DNA from: Tubulanus polymorphus
Taxonomy: Eukaryota > Animalia > Nemertea
Direction: 5' to 3'
Length of the DNA: 64,000 bases
NCBI RefSeq assembly: GCF_964204645.1
Contig: NC_134034.1
Span: 13,095,062 to 13,159,061 of the forward strand
In this document: positions 25,501 to 40,500 of the stretch, one piece after another
How the letters are laid out: every line of letters starts with the position of its first letter
Numbering within the stretch: position 1 is the stretch's first letter
Notes under the pieces: model-generated
Databases searched by the model: none
What the model was told of the DNA's origin: nothing
What the model saw: only the letters and a program-made list of their open reading frames with translations
Translations under genes and position numbers: made by a program

Positions 25501-28500
25501 TCAATTAACCAAATGAGGAAAATAAACGATAAAACATGAATATCGCCGTGCTGCGTGTATAAGCCTCGATCACTCCTATCGCTCTCGCTTTCTCTCTCCT
25601 CTCTCTCTCTCCTCTCACTCTCTCCTCTCTCTCTCTCCTCTCACTCTCTCCTCTCTCACTCTCTCCTGTCTCTCTCTCCTCTCACTCTCTCCTCTCTCTC
25701 ACTCTCTCCTCTCTCTCTCTCCTCTCACTCTCTCCTCTCTCTCACTCTCTCCTGTCTCTCTCTCTCCTCTCACTCTCTCCTCTCACTCTCTCCTGTCTCT
25801 CTCTCCTCTCACTCTCTCCTCTCTCACTCTCTCCTGTCTCTCTCTCCTCTCACTCTCTCCTCTCTCACTCTCTCCTGTCTCTCTCTCCTCTCACTCTCTC
25901 CTCTCTCTCACTCTCTCCTCTCTCTCTCTCCTCTCACTCTCTCCTCTCTCTCACTCTCTCCTGTCTCTCTCTCTCCTCTCACTCTCTCCTCTCTCTCACT
26001 CTCTCCTGTCTCTCTCTCTCCTCTCACTCTCTCCTCTCACTCTCTCCTGTCTCTCTCTCCTCTCACTCTCTCCTCTCTCTCACTCTCTCCTGTCTCTCTC
26101 TCCTCTCACTCTCTCCTCTCTCTCACTCTCTCCTCTCTCTCTCTCCTCTCACTCTCTCCTCTCTCACTCTCTCCTGTCTCTCTCTCCTCTCACTCTCTCC
26201 TCTCTCCTGTCTCTCTCTCTCCTCTCACTCTCTCCTGTCTCTCTCTCTCCTCTCACTCTCTCCTCTCTCTCACTCTCTCCTGTCTCTCTCTCCTCTCACT
26301 CTCTCCTCTCTCTCACTCTCTCCTGTCTCTCTCTCCTCTCACTCTCTCCTCTCTCCATCCCATCTGCCCCAATGCGGCTATAAATCTATTAATACATGTA
26401 TTCATTATTCATTTATTACTTCATCATCTTCAGGTGTACACTGTACTAGCATACGATTAGCTCGAGTGAACCGGTCCAAGGAAACATAGAAGGACTCTTT
26501 ATACTCTTCCACGTGAGACAGGGTTTCTCGTCGGTCGTGTTAAGTCTTGCCCTAACCGAACCAGTCTTTCCACTTACAGTGGTGGATTTTGCTCTCGTGA
26601 CGGTGTAACAAAAGAAAACAACATTTTGACCAACCGTTTCAGCGCATTTGATACATCAAGATACCATGCATCTAGTTGGGCTCGATTTTTATTTTTTTAT
26701 CCAGAATTCCCCCAGTCCGGTCAATAGGTGCTGCTAATGCCATCCCTGGAACCGCCCCTGTCTTATTCGGCAAAGTGATGGAATGAATGTCGGTCGCACC
26801 TTTATCCGTTTCCACCTATGAGATCATCAATCACTCATTAAGCGTACACAGTGTATGTGCGTAATCTCACGGGTCAGGAGCCAACTCTGGCAAGTGAATT
26901 ACCGTAGCTATTATACCCGGTTACGATCACGTGTCTTCAGGGAATCGATGCATATTCGTGGCTAGTTAATTGGGTAATAGTGTTTAAAGTCCCCGGTGAC
27001 AGACCCGGTAATACACTGCGCCGAACTATATCCAGATATTCATTCACCTGCGGGATTTTATTCGACGAAATGAGGTTTTGGGAGAGAGACCTGGATTGAG
27101 CGACGGGGAGAAGGGGTGGGGGAGAGACGGTCAATAATGAGCGAGAGGGAGGGAGGGAGGGAGAGAGGGAAGGTGAGGGAGAGTGAGAGGGAGGGAGAGA
27201 GGGAAGGTGAGGGAGAGTGAGAGGGAGAGAGAGGGAGACGGAGAGAGGCGAGTAAGATGCGGAGAGAGAGAGAGAGAGAATTGATAGAGGGAGGGATATA
27301 TTGTGATATAATATGGACGGGGATAATGATTAATTCATATTTTCATTACCGCCACGTCACCTGAGATCAGATACATTGATACCGAGCACTGTGTGCGCCG
27401 CTCACAAAGTCATCGTTAAGAAACCTGAACGATGCCATTAATATTGTCTTCTGCTAATCACTTTCTCTGCGGGCCTGCGAAATGTTATTGTTATATTTTC
27501 GTAGTCTCGTCCGCTTCGAATCCAGGGTAAACATCACTATCCAGTGTCAAGGTCAAAGTTAATAATGCGACGGTAACTGAAAAACCGCCTGTTAGTCCAC
27601 CAGGTGTCGTAACAAGCACTCAGTCAGGCTCGAACCTAATCTTCGATTCCTACAGCAGGGCGTAGGTGTTTAATGGGAGTTAAATTAGAAAGTGGGGTAG
27701 TCTCGCATTCTTTGGTTACCGGACATTTCTGGAGTCAATATTATTTTTCCCAACAGTAATCGCACTAAACGACATATAGTTGAATCTGCTTTGATTTCCA
27801 CTCATTCTGGTCGCTCCGTCAACCTTAACAACGGTTTCAGCCCCCATAATAAACTTCTTTCAAGGTATGTCAGTGCTCTAGTCCCCATAACGTAATGCGC
27901 AGCGATTCGCGTCCTATTTCATGTATTGATAAGTGTGTCATTTTAGACTGAAGTAGGGTAGTAGGAACCATCTGAAATATTTCTCATATGTTTTCAAAAT
28001 AAACATTTTATCATTAATTAATTTATTGTGGGATTTTATTCATATCAGGTCGCAGGTGCGTTCCTCGTTCTTATCTATAAATCGCACACGGGGCGTTCAG
28101 TTTTGATAGATGGCGCCACAATACGGTGACAGGTCGGATAGATCATCGACGACGTTATGACGTTGGTAATGATTGTTTTGTTGTTGTGATAACGACCATC
28201 AACGTTTCCGCTTTCTTCGAAACGGTCACTCGGATGTTACTGAGCGAGATCACTTATAACGGTCTCAACAGGCTCTTCGATCGAGTGCGATAGTGTCACG
28301 ATAGCGCCGGAGATTCACCACGCGCTGCGCATTGTGTACACACAGGGCGACAAATACAAATATAGAACGATCTTCAAACCTCAGCGATTGCTGATAGGAG
28401 ATTATTGGAATGGCACCAACTTCCGATACTCGATGTCGAACTATCCGTGTCTTGATCGAAGTAATTGAAAATTGTAAAATTCTACCCCGAGTTGGTGTCA

Positions 28501-31500
28501 AATACTGAGTAAGAGTTTGTGAAATACAGTAGACTCTGTCTCTTACTGCGGTAAAGTTGAGACTGGTAAAATTCTACCCCGAGTTGGTGTCAAATACTGA
28601 GTAAGAGTTTGTGAAATACAGTAGACTCTGTCTCTTACTGCGGTAAAGTTGAGACTGGTAAAATTCTACCCCGAGTTGATGTCAAATACTGAGTAAGAGT
28701 TTGTGAAATACAGTAGACTCTTTCTCTTACTGCGGTAAAGTTGAGACTGGTAAAATTCTACCCCGAGTCGGTGTCAAATACTGAGTAAGAGTTTGTGAAA
28801 TACAGTAGACTCTGTCTCTTACTGCGGTAAAGTTGAGACTGGTAAAATTCTACCCCGAGTTGGTGTCAAATACTGAGTAAGAGTTTGTGAAATACAGTAG
28901 ACTCTGTCTCTTACTGCGGTAAAGTTGAGACTGGTAAAATTCTACCCCGAGTTGATGTCAAATACTGAGTAAGAGTTTGTGAAATACAGTAGACTCTTTC
29001 TCTTACTGCGGTAAAGTTGAGACTGGTAAAATTCTACCCCGAGTCGGTGTCAAATACTGAGTAAGAGTTTGTGAAATACAGTAGACTCTGTCTCTTACTG
29101 CGGTAAAGTTGAGACTGGTAAAATTCTACCCCGAGTTGGTGTCAAATACTGAGTAAGAGTTTGTGAAATACAGTAGACTCTGTCTCTTACTGCGGTAAAG
29201 TTGAGACTGGTAAAATTCTACCCCGAGATGGTGTCAAATACTGAGTAAGAGTTTGTGAAATACAGTAGACTCTGTCTCTTACTGCGGTAAAGTTGAGACC
29301 GGTAAAATTCTACCCCGAGTTGGTGTCAAATACTGAGTAAGAGTTTGTGAAATACAGTAGACTCTGTCTCTTACTGCGGTAAAGTTGAGACCGGTGAAAT
29401 TCTACCCCGAGTTGGTGTCAAATACTGAGTACGAGTTTGTAAAATACAGTAAACTCTGTCTCTTACTGCGGTAAAGTTGAGACTGGTAAAATTCTACCCC
29501 GAGTTGATGTCAAATACTGAGTAAGAGTTTGTGAAATACGGTAGACTCTGTCTCTTACTGCGGTAAAGTTTAGACTGGTAAAATTCTACCCCGAGTTGAT
29601 GTCAAATACTGAGTAAGAGTTTGTGAAATACAGTAGACTCTGTCTCTTACTGCGGTAAAGTTGAGACTGGTAAAATTCTACCCCGAGTTGGTTTCAAATA
29701 CCGAGTAAGAGTTTGTGAAATACAGTAGACTCTGTCTCTTACTGCGGTAAAGTTGAGACTGGTAAAATTCTACCCAGAGTTGGTTTCAAATACCGAGTAA
29801 GAGTTTGTGAAATACAGTAGACTCTGTCTCTTACTGCGGTAAAGTTGAGACCGGTAAAATTCTACGGCGAAGAGCGCTCTTCTACTCTATCACGACCTTC
29901 ACCCGACAAAATCTCGTCAATTCACGCGGAGTTTAACGAGATGTAATAGCTCGCACTCCTGTCGTCTGCGCGATCGATGACGATAATATAACGATATTAT
30001 TGTATTTTATGAGCGCCCCGCTCGAGTCGACATATCGCCGCGCGGTATAGCATTGCGACCGTTATGAGATATTTCAACTGTCAACAATAATAATCTTTCT
30101 GCTGCCTCCGCTGCAGGTTGCAGGTATATCCAAGCATTGCCATGCACCTTTTCCTCGGAGCACTCCCTAATTGGGTAACGGGAATGCTACTGCGGTGGCA
30201 ATCGAGGAGGATTGTTCCCGTGCTAAGTTGGGTATTTGTTTATGGGGAGCAAACCGTCCGAGCGTATTATTCTTGGAGCAAAGTATCGTTGACGTTGCGC
30301 GAGAAATTGTGAACCTATTCGGTCAAACCGGTGCATTTCTGTTTCGTCACAAGCTCCAGTAAAATTCTACCCCGAGTTGGTGTCAAATACTGAGTAAGAG
30401 TTTGTGAAATACAGCGTAGACTCTGTCTCTTACTGCGGTAAAGTTGAGACTGGTAAAATTCTACCCCGAGTTGATGTCAAATACTGAGTAAGAGTTTGTG
30501 AAATACAGCAGACTCTGTCTCTTACTGCGGTAAAGTTGAGACTGGTAAAATTCTACCCCGAGTTGGTGTCAAATACTGAGTAAGAGTTTGTGAAATACAG
30601 CGTAGATTCTGTCTCTTACTGCGGTAAAGTTGAGACTGGTAAAATTCTACCCCGAGTTGATGTCAAATACTGAGTAAGAGTTTGTGAAATACAGCAGACT
30701 CTGTCTCTTACTGCGGTAAAGTTGAGACTGGTAAAATTCTACCCCGAGTTGGTGTCAAATACTGAGTAAGAGTTTGTTAAATACAGCGTAGACTCTGTCT
30801 CTTACTGCGGTAAAGTTGAGACTGGTAAAATTCTACCCCGAGTTGATGTCAAATACTGAGTAAGAGTTTGTGAAATACAGTAGACTCTGTCTGTTACTGC
30901 GGTTAAGTTGAGACTGGTAAAATTCCACCCCGAGTTGATGTCAAATACTGAGTAAGAGTTTGCGAAATACAGTAGACTCTGTCTCTTACTGCGGTTAAGT
31001 TGAGACTGGTAAAATTCCACCCCGAGTTGGTGTCAAATACTGAGTAAGAGTTTGTGAAATACAGTAGACTCTGTCTCTTACTGCGGTAAAGTTGAGACTG
31101 GTAAAATTCTACCCCGAGTTGGTTTCAAATACTGAGTAAGAGTTTGTGAAATACAGTAGACTCTGTCTCTTACTGCGGTAAAGTTGAGACTGGTAAAATT
31201 CTACCCCGAGTTGGTGTCAAATACTGAGTAAGAGTTTGTGAAATACAGTAGACTTTGTCTCTTACTGCGGTAAAGTTGAGACTGGTAAAATTCTACCCCG
31301 AGTTGATAAACAGAAAACAGAAACTGCTGCGCATTTCTACGCAAGAAACCAATGGTCTGAAAGCGGTTTCAATCAGTATAAGTGCCGCTGATTCGGAAGT
31401 GTATATTTAAATCAAATCCTATTTAATACCGACACGAAATTGGATTTCTTCACGCGTTACTGTGGTTGACGCATTGTACGACGATTGTGCAACGGTATCT

Positions 31501-34500
31501 ATTTTTCATTTTTCGTCAGTGTTGTCACAATATTATCGTTCCGTCGGAGCCACCCCAGGTTTCATCGCAGCTTTTTCCTCTCATCTCGCCGTTTGGTTTC
31601 GTCTTCGAGGTTTTGATATCCCGCGCGCCAAACAGCGGCGTGACGTAAACGAGGACTCCATCTCATACATAGTGTGGGAATTAACCCTTTTCTTGCGACT
31701 ACTTTCGAGAAAATACCACCCGATCCGTGCTGTCGTATATAGTGCTGTTAATGGAATATGTTCTATTTTTTTCGCTACGAGGGGTTGATTGCGAACTCGT
31801 GTCAGTGAGGCTAGTTCACCGATTACCCACGTGTTTTGTTCTAGCGTGGACTAGCAGAGACCATTGTTCGAGCGTGCCGAAGTAAAGCGTGGTCGATCGC
31901 CGAAGCCACCGATGCCTGCCCAACCCCTTTCCCTCTCACAGGATTCGTAGAATCGTAATAGTCAACCAGAATGAGTATCGCTCACGATCGAGTAGAGTTG
32001 TCGGCTACTGCTGCAGATATCGTGTTAATTTCAGTACACCAGAATTTCTGTATAGCGCGGGATAAACTAAAAAAAACTTCGTTCGTCGCGGTGTAATATC
32101 ACGTACTGCGCCTGTCGGGCATTTTCCGCTAGGATTCATATCTTTTTTGTTGTTGTCTGCGACAGAAGTGTGATTATCGTGGTGGTTATACATTGCGTCT
32201 CAGTTATACGAGCCAACAGAATTATCACGACTTCCCGCTGCGAAATGAGAGTCGGCAAGGCGATCATTATAATTTCGTTGTCTTTCGGCCATTTTCGATA
32301 ATAGAATTAGATTCAAGTCGTTTTCTGTCTCGATTTTCGCTACAGCGTCGCGTAAATATAGGCCGCAACAGGTGGCCTATATATACAGGGTCTTGTGCTT
32401 ATTCACGTAATTACACCGTATTCGCGGTTACACAACGAACTCTCGAAGTTTGTAAATAAATCCCCCTGGGGGCCAGTTCCGTGGATAGAAATCTTTTTTC
32501 ATATTTGTCTTCGAAGCAATCGCTGATTACTCCGAAATTCGTCTGCTCGCTATACTCCGATCGGGTCTCGTCGCGAATTTACAAAAGCGATTTGACCTTT
32601 TCTCGTTGTGTTCGACGAAAGCCTTTGATCGGTCGGCGCGCCGCGAGTGCGCACGCGTGCGCGCTCTTGTCATCGGAATTTGCGACGACATATCGACGAC
32701 GAGGGAAGGATTCTAAGCCTGATTCGTGTTACTGTGTGTTCGCTATACCGAAAACAACACAATCCACCAAAGCGAACGAAAGGGCATCAACGGAGATGAA
32801 AGCTGACGCTGCGTTTGTGTCTTTGTGACTGATTACAAACGAGCGGAGGTATAAGCATCTTCATTCTCTAGGGCTATACGTCAAATCTACAGCTATCTAT
32901 ATTAGGAGACACTGGCGACAAATTGTTCTAGCGACTTTTAGACGTTCAGGCGAATGCCGTCTGGAGCCTCAAGTTGTGACCTTGACATTAACCCCCCACC
33001 GACGTTACCATATAGGCGAATTCTATTTCACTAGATTTGATGGCTCTGATTAAACGACAGAACTGAATTCGCAATCAAATTAAACCAGCACAACTGTTGA
33101 ACTCGATCTAGCTTCAGGTTAAGCCCGCACGTTACTGTGGAACCGGGTTCGGAGTCAAATCAAGGACTCATTAAAACAAAGCCAAGATAAAACCGCTACA
33201 AACTGTCGGAAAAAGTTACACAAATTAACTTCGAACGTATTTTCTTCATTTATATAATCCACCCGACTCGTTAGTATATATCGTAAAAAATAACATTGAC
33301 AACGAGTTGTATAGGAAATGAGGCGGCGGTTTCGAGGAAGCGATGTGTTCTCGGTAAATCAGTATTGGACTCGAACGTCACACCAGTCTGACGTCTTCAA
33401 CTCGCGTTGTGTTACTGCAGCCGATAGTAAACAGAAACTTGTGAGGTTTTCCCTTTGATAACTCGACCTTCTAATGATGTTTACAACACTAGCTCAGATC
33501 AATGTTTAATACCACCTCCACCCCTCCTCCTACTACCCACTCTCCGACCCAGTGTATCGATTCAACGTTAAAGCGATGACGATGACGATGATGATGATGA
33601 TAAACGGACAGACGATGAAATATAAAAGTTTGAATTTTACTATTATTAGTGCTTGGGAGGGAGAGTGAGGAAGGGAGGAAGAGAGAGGAAGGGAGGGAGA
33701 GAGAGGAAGGGAGGGAGAGAGAGGAAGGGAGGGAGAGAGAGGAAGGGAGGGAGAGGAAGGGAGGGAGAGGAAGGGAGAGGTCGGAGTGGAGTTCACCCAT
33801 ACAGTCCTAGCTGTGTGGTTGTCTCCACAGTGTCGACATCTCCATCGCTCTACGATCCTACAGTGTAACCGAGAGGGCCAGAGATAGGGGAGAGATAGGG
33901 GAGAGATAGGGGAGAGGACAAAATTTGAAAATGGGATAGAGAATTAAGTTGGTAGGTTTAGGGGGAGTCATCGACGTGGCAGAAAGGGGGTAGACCGGGA
34001 GAGAGGGAGGGTGAGGGGCGGAATGTAGCGTGCTGCCGGCGGGCAGACTTCAAGACGGGAAGATATGACACGCACGTACACACGTTTATTATATACCAAT
34101 GTATTACATCACACCAACAACAGAATTTACCTGCGTCGCGTGCAGTTTATCGATTAGAAATATAAAACACCCGCCGGGTAATATTTATCTATTTGCGAAT
34201 CATAATTCGACCTCGGGCGGTGCGCATTCGACCCGGCGCAGTGCAAACTAGACTCACGACGACACGTATACGCGCATGACACTCGACAAAACGATGTTTC
34301 CTTAAACGGCTACAATAACGTCATGTTTTCTAAGTGCGGGTTGCGTAAACACGTTAGAAATAACCGGCGTGACTGGAGTTTGGTGTGGCGACTTGAAACG
34401 TGACGAAAACTTAACGATTTTCGAGATCAGTGTCGACGAAATGAAATTCAAGTCGTTTTAGATTAGTTACTATTTGAAACTCGCTTCATGAACGTGTAGA

Positions 34501-37500
34501 AATTATACGAAGCCTTAGGCGTTTCGAGGGTGAATTAAACCCCCCACATAAATGTGGAACTGGATTCAGAGTTAAATTAAATCCACGTTGTGGAACACTG
34601 TCAAAGTGCAAACTATCCCAAGGGCCTGAAATCCTGTCAATCTATCCCCAAGAGCCTGGAATCCTGTCAAACTATCCCCAAGAGCCTGGAATCCTGTCAA
34701 ACTATCCCCAAGAGCCTGAAATCGTGTCAGTCTTAATATATTTTTTAGGGAAAATAGTGCCGAGACTGTCGAATAATTTCGTTAATGCGCTCGCTGTAAG
34801 TAGAAAATCTACTCAAAATTCAACAGCGCACATTCGACATACGAGAGCAAAGTTATTTATGGCAGGCAACGTTTTCTCTTATTACGTAATAAAACAAATT
34901 AGTCCCTCCAGGAGTCGGCAACAACATCGTCGACAGAGATGAATAGCATTAACTCTTCATATTTATATGATGCTGTAAATATTTCACCGAGTTGAGAATC
35001 AGGGAACTCGGTAACGTGTTGGGACTGCTGTTAATATTTCACCGAGTTGAGAATCAGGGAACTCGGTAACGTGTTGGGACTGCTGTAAATATTTCACCGA
35101 GTTGAGAATCAGGGAACTCGGTAACGTGTTGGGACTGCTGTTAATATTTCACCGAGTTGAGAATCAGGGAACTCGGTAACGTGTTGGGACTGCTGTCAAT
35201 ATTTCACCGAGTTGAGAATCAGGGAACTCGGTAGCGTGTTGGGACTGCTGTCAATATTTCACCGAGTTGAGAATCAGGGAACTCTGTAACGTGTTGGGAC
35301 TGCTGTAAATATTTCACTGAGTTGGGAATCAGGGAACTCGGTAGCGTGTTGGGACTGCTGTAAATATTTCACCGAGTTGAGAATCAGGGAACTCGGTAGC
35401 GTGTTGGGACTTGCTGTAAATATTTCACCGAGTTGAGAATCAGGGAACTCGGTAGCGTGTTGGGACTGCTGTAAATATTTCACCGAGTTGAGAATCGGAG
35501 AACTCTATCGAATCGAGACTGGTTAAGAAATACTCACGCGAAAAATTAAACGTTTTCTAAGAATCGCCGAATTTCAAGAGTAGCAGTTTTCCGACATCAC
35601 CTGAAGTGTATGAAATGAGTAGGCCCGTTTTACTCTTCGCTCGTGCGCCATATCAATTTTTCAAATACCGGTGCGAAAATGTCATCATAAAATGAACGTG
35701 AACTGTCGGCGATATTGATGTACAGCCAGCCCTGCGGGACCGTCACCGGTGTTATATCGCTACAATATTGTCTTAAACGATGATGGATGTTCGTCATTAT
35801 CGTGATCGGCGAAACATTTTTTTTTTTTTAAGAAAGGCTAATTATAGCGCCTCGGTCTCGATCGGAAGAGGGATATATGGAGATATGACGTCATCGAATT
35901 GCCTGCTCTAATGATAAGAAAGGTTAGAATGAAAAAGAGAGAGTAGTTAGGGCGGTTTTGTGAGTCTCCGTATGACGTCATTAATTGCGAACTACAGTGA
36001 TCTCATCCATTCAGCTCCTTCAAAAGTTGTAGATGCCCCTTAATTCTCCGTGTTGTTTTTTTTTTCTTCAATTTAGAAATCTATTCAGTAAATAATGATA
36101 TAAACGATTGTGGCTGAACGATTGTGGCCGGCTCGACCTCAAGTAGAGCTAAAGCAGACATTGTGTCAAACACTATGAATGACATCATCAAAATGCCTAC
36201 ATAGTGATTGGGAGTTTAGCATTGACACCGATGGGTTGTGACATAACCGAGAGGTCACTGATGGAGGTTAATTGCCTCCTGGGGGAGTTAGCGATTTCCA
36301 ATTGATCAATGGTTTTGTCACCAGGGGGCGTAACATGCTGTTCTATTAAGCTATTGAAAACCGCAACAGGAAGCCGACACCAGGGGGCGGCACTGTTATT
36401 GTTACTGGCAGATAATTTCAGCGACAGATGGCCTACAATGAATGGGTTAGATTGGGGGAGAGGGAGATGGAGAGGGAGAAAGAAGAGAGGGGGAAATAGC
36501 GGACCATGAGATAAGTAGATAGAGATATTGAGTGACAGGGAAGGCGCCCGCGCGCACTATCATCCATCTTCATCTAAACACCCATCGCAACGCTAGAACA
36601 ATGTCTAAACAGCCTGGCGGACGTGATTGCTCACTTAAACTGATTATAGCTAATTCTCTGAAGCATTTATGGTGACAGGACCCGGTATTTCCGTTCAGCG
36701 CTAAATCCGTCGTGACAGACGATGATATATGGAATGTGTCGTCAGCTGGGTTTGGTATAGACTCCGAAAAAAAAAACGGAAGAAAATGTATGGGAATTTT
36801 TCGATTTGTTTATCGTTTTGTTTTTACAGCGTTTTGGAGTCCGCTTAAATTTTAAATGTTTATGATACGGCTCCAAAAATCCATTGAATTGCTGAATGTT
36901 GATGTAACTGCGGGTGACATGGGGAATAATGGTCAATGTCGCGATACATGGACGTGGAGGAGATCTTCAATGTCTATAGCTGGATCTATTCATCGGGTTA
37001 GATTTGATGACGTCATAGATGTTTGATGGATGCAGCCATCTTTCCTCGAAGAGTCGTCTAAAACTAAAACGATTTCGTCATCGGGGATATAGGAGCTGGC
37101 TATCTTAACTGGAAGGGTCGATATAGCCAATCGCCGCTACGCAAAAGGGGATTTATTAAGGGGGATTTATTAAGGCGGCTATCTTTTCTAGAAAGGTCGA
37201 TCGATCTAATCACCGATAGTTAATTTGATGACGTAATAGGGGGATTTAACGGTCGCGGCCATCTTTTCTAGAAGGGTCGATAGGTCTAATCACCGATAGT
37301 TAATTCGATGACGCAATAATTTCAATCAATGAAGGCGACCATCTTTCACGGACGAGTTTTGATGCTGGTCGGTATTCGGGACCGGAATGTGGCTCCATCT
37401 ACGGCACCGCCCACAACACTGGGGAAATCCCCATTTTCATAAAAAAAACCCGTGGATAAGTCGCAAGGACCCTGAAAGGTTTTATAGTCCGCAAGGACAT

Positions 37501-40500
37501 TCTCCGCGAGCGCCCGCGTCACCCTAGGCGACACGTGACGTGTGACGTAGCTTTCTATCGTGTTTGACTGTTGCCATGAAACTGATACGAATTCCAGGTA
37601 AACACTTGGTGTGCTGTTCGCGAGTCGCGCATTTCTGTAATTATTGTCAACAACTGCGACTGAAACGACGAGAGAGAGGGAGAGAGAGAACTGCGCGCCA
37701 GATTTTACCTATTGTGTTTATATTTTCATCCACCGCAGAGCGGATCGACGTTTTAATTCGAAAGCGCTGTATACGGGGGGGGGGGGAGAGGGCGGATGGG
37801 GAGCGAACGTCGCGGATGTCTTGATGATAGATTATACTGTTGACAGTTACGAATTCACCGTCTATCATGCGCGCGTGTATAGGTATTCAAACATAGCGGA
37901 ATGCGAATTTTCGAGGCTTTTTTTCATTCGCTTTTCGAACGTGTTTCATCGTCCCTTCGTTTTTTCAATATAGTAAGCGACCGCCTGATCCGTAGCGACT
38001 AAAACAAACAAAATGGCGGTCGTTCTCGCCGATTTAAAGCTAATTTATTCATCATTCCTTCAACTCGATGCAAAATGGATATAAAAACGATGATTTATCT
38101 GGACTGCACAGCCCTACTGATTCGATTAGGACTTTTTTTTGTGGTATGCACGCCGACAATTAAGAGAAATATCTCCAAAAATCATCGATGCCAATCGAAA
38201 GTAAATTAATAGACTTTAATATCGTTAAAGCGGATCGATAATCAATATCAACCCGTATTTATGTGATATCTTGAATTTGTATTTGCTGTTTAAATTTATC
38301 GGCGCCATTCTCGCGAGATAATCAACAACCCGGAAATAAAATCCGAGCCAGTATACGCGAGCCCCGGGGATCCTCGGCCGGTAAATTTACTGCTCAGAAC
38401 TCTCCGAAAGAAACGTATGACAATCTGTCTTGAATACGTCGATTCATTGCACGTTATGTTGTCGCTCTCAAAACGCACTAAAAATCTGACACCGATTCCT
38501 AGGAATTTTATGAGGTGTATGCGTTATAGACTCCGCTCTCAAGTTACACACAGTCTGCTGAGGGACATCTCTCCGGTAGATCGTCTGTCATTAGACCCAC
38601 AGTCTGCTGAGGGACATCTCTCGGTAGATCGTCTGTCATTAGACCCACAGTCTGCTGAGGGATATCTCTCCGGTAGATCGTCTGTCATTAGACCCACAGT
38701 CTGCTGAGGGACATCTCTCCGGTAGATCGTCTGTCATTAGACACAAAGTCTGCTGAGGGACATCTCTCCGGTAGACCGTCTGCTGAGGGACATCTCTCCG
38801 GCAGATCGTCTGTCATTAGACCCACAGTCTGCTGAGGGACATCTCTCCGGTAGATCGTCTGTCATTAGACACAAAGTCTGCTGAGGGACATCTCTCCGGT
38901 AGATCGTCTGTCATTAGACACACAGTCTGCTGAGGGACATCTCTCCGGTAGATCGTCTGCTGAGGGACATCTCTCCGGTAGATCGTCTGTCATTAGAGCG
39001 GATGACTAGCAGTCTGCAGTTGATTCCTAAATTTCTTACCGGAAATTATGTTCGTATAATTGTTAAGTTAGATTAGCGAAACGTTCAGCGGAGTCAGAGG
39101 TCACGGACGTGTGAAATGTTTTTAACTCAAGTATATAAAATCGAATAAAACATAACTGATGCATTAGATATTTCCATCGGTTGCGGATCATGAACTTTCT
39201 CTCTAGACAGCAGATCCATAAGGTTCGAATCCAACAATTAGTAATTTTGTTTTTTAAATTTCTACATAGTTCGTTTTTATCGTATTGTCTGTTCTCCGCG
39301 TTAACGGGCTATTCTACGAAAAGGAAATGTCATTGTTATAATGGTATTCACCAGCTTTTGAGCGAATGAGGCTATATTTACATATTGCCTTAAATGACTA
39401 TCTGATTGGAAGCCTAACGGCGAAGGAGAGCGCGAACGGCCAGTTAGAACTTCTTAATTCTTGATTGGCTCAAGCTTTAGGCAGAGTGATAATGATCCTC
39501 GTGTCTGCGGAAAATATGTATTTGTAGCCAATTGGCCATGATGGTCTGGTGTGAATTTGAAAATGTTTTCGGGTCGAGTGGGACTCGAACCCTGCTGCGT
39601 TACTAAAATACGAATGTTGAAACTAAATCATGTCCAGACCGGTCCAATTGGGGCCATACCTGGAACGGGCCAAATTTAGAACGGACCAAATCAGACTGCG
39701 CGTGCGAACACGCGTTGCTAAATTGGCTAGAGATAGTTACGACTTGCCCCGTAAGATGTCGCCGTGAGTATTTTAACCCGAGATTTATATCTAAATGATA
39801 GATTTATGAGTTATTTATTATGAAAAATTTTGATGATCGCAATTTATCATCATATCTGGACTCATACATCTATGGTAAATTGTAGGAAGGACATTTTTTC
39901 AAAACAAAGACTTTAATACGGACAACTTTGTCGATCAGTTCCAAACAACAGAAAAACGCTTCGTCGTCCCGAGGTCGAATACGGCTCAATACCGAAACAC
40001 GTTCTTCGTGAGATCCGTCCTCGACCGATGGAACCAACTGGACAAACAGACGATCTAGGCGTCGATCAGCTCCAGCGTATGATTGGCCTAGTAACGTTCA
40101 GGCTCTATAATTCCACAGTCGTGAGTTAGAGAGTTAACTCCTAGTTAAAATTAGTTCATTTTCGATATGAGTTAACTCTTAACCCACAACACTGTGAAAC
40201 TGGGACCTGGGTCCAGTTCCACAGTTCTGAGTTAAGATTTGACCCTGGGTTAAAACATTGAAAATGAACTAACTTTAACTCAGAGTTAACTCTAACTCAC
40301 AACTGTGGAACTGGGTCCAGAATGATAAACCAATGCTCTGTTCTCCGGTGCCAAGCTCCTCATCAGGACAACTTCTAACTATTGATACACTAACAGAAAT
40401 TGAAACGGTCACTGCCAATGACCAGGGTTCAGTTCCGAGTTAAGATTTAACTCATTGAAAATGAACTAACTTTAACTCAGAGTTGATCTTACTAACAACT

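Noticed and set aside
25555-26460. 301-aa Leu/Ser ORF and other low-complexity ORFs (635..1084, 23273..23663, 33489..33868, 54983..55491, 57384..57627, 60410..60906)
   Set aside because: These are translations of microsatellites or satellites, or antisense shadows of real exons, with no domain content.
28474-31307. Regular arrays resembling CRISPR (also the 55-, 77- and 39-bp arrays)
   Set aside because: Units are head-to-tail with no unique spacers, no cas genes are present, and the context is eukaryotic introns.
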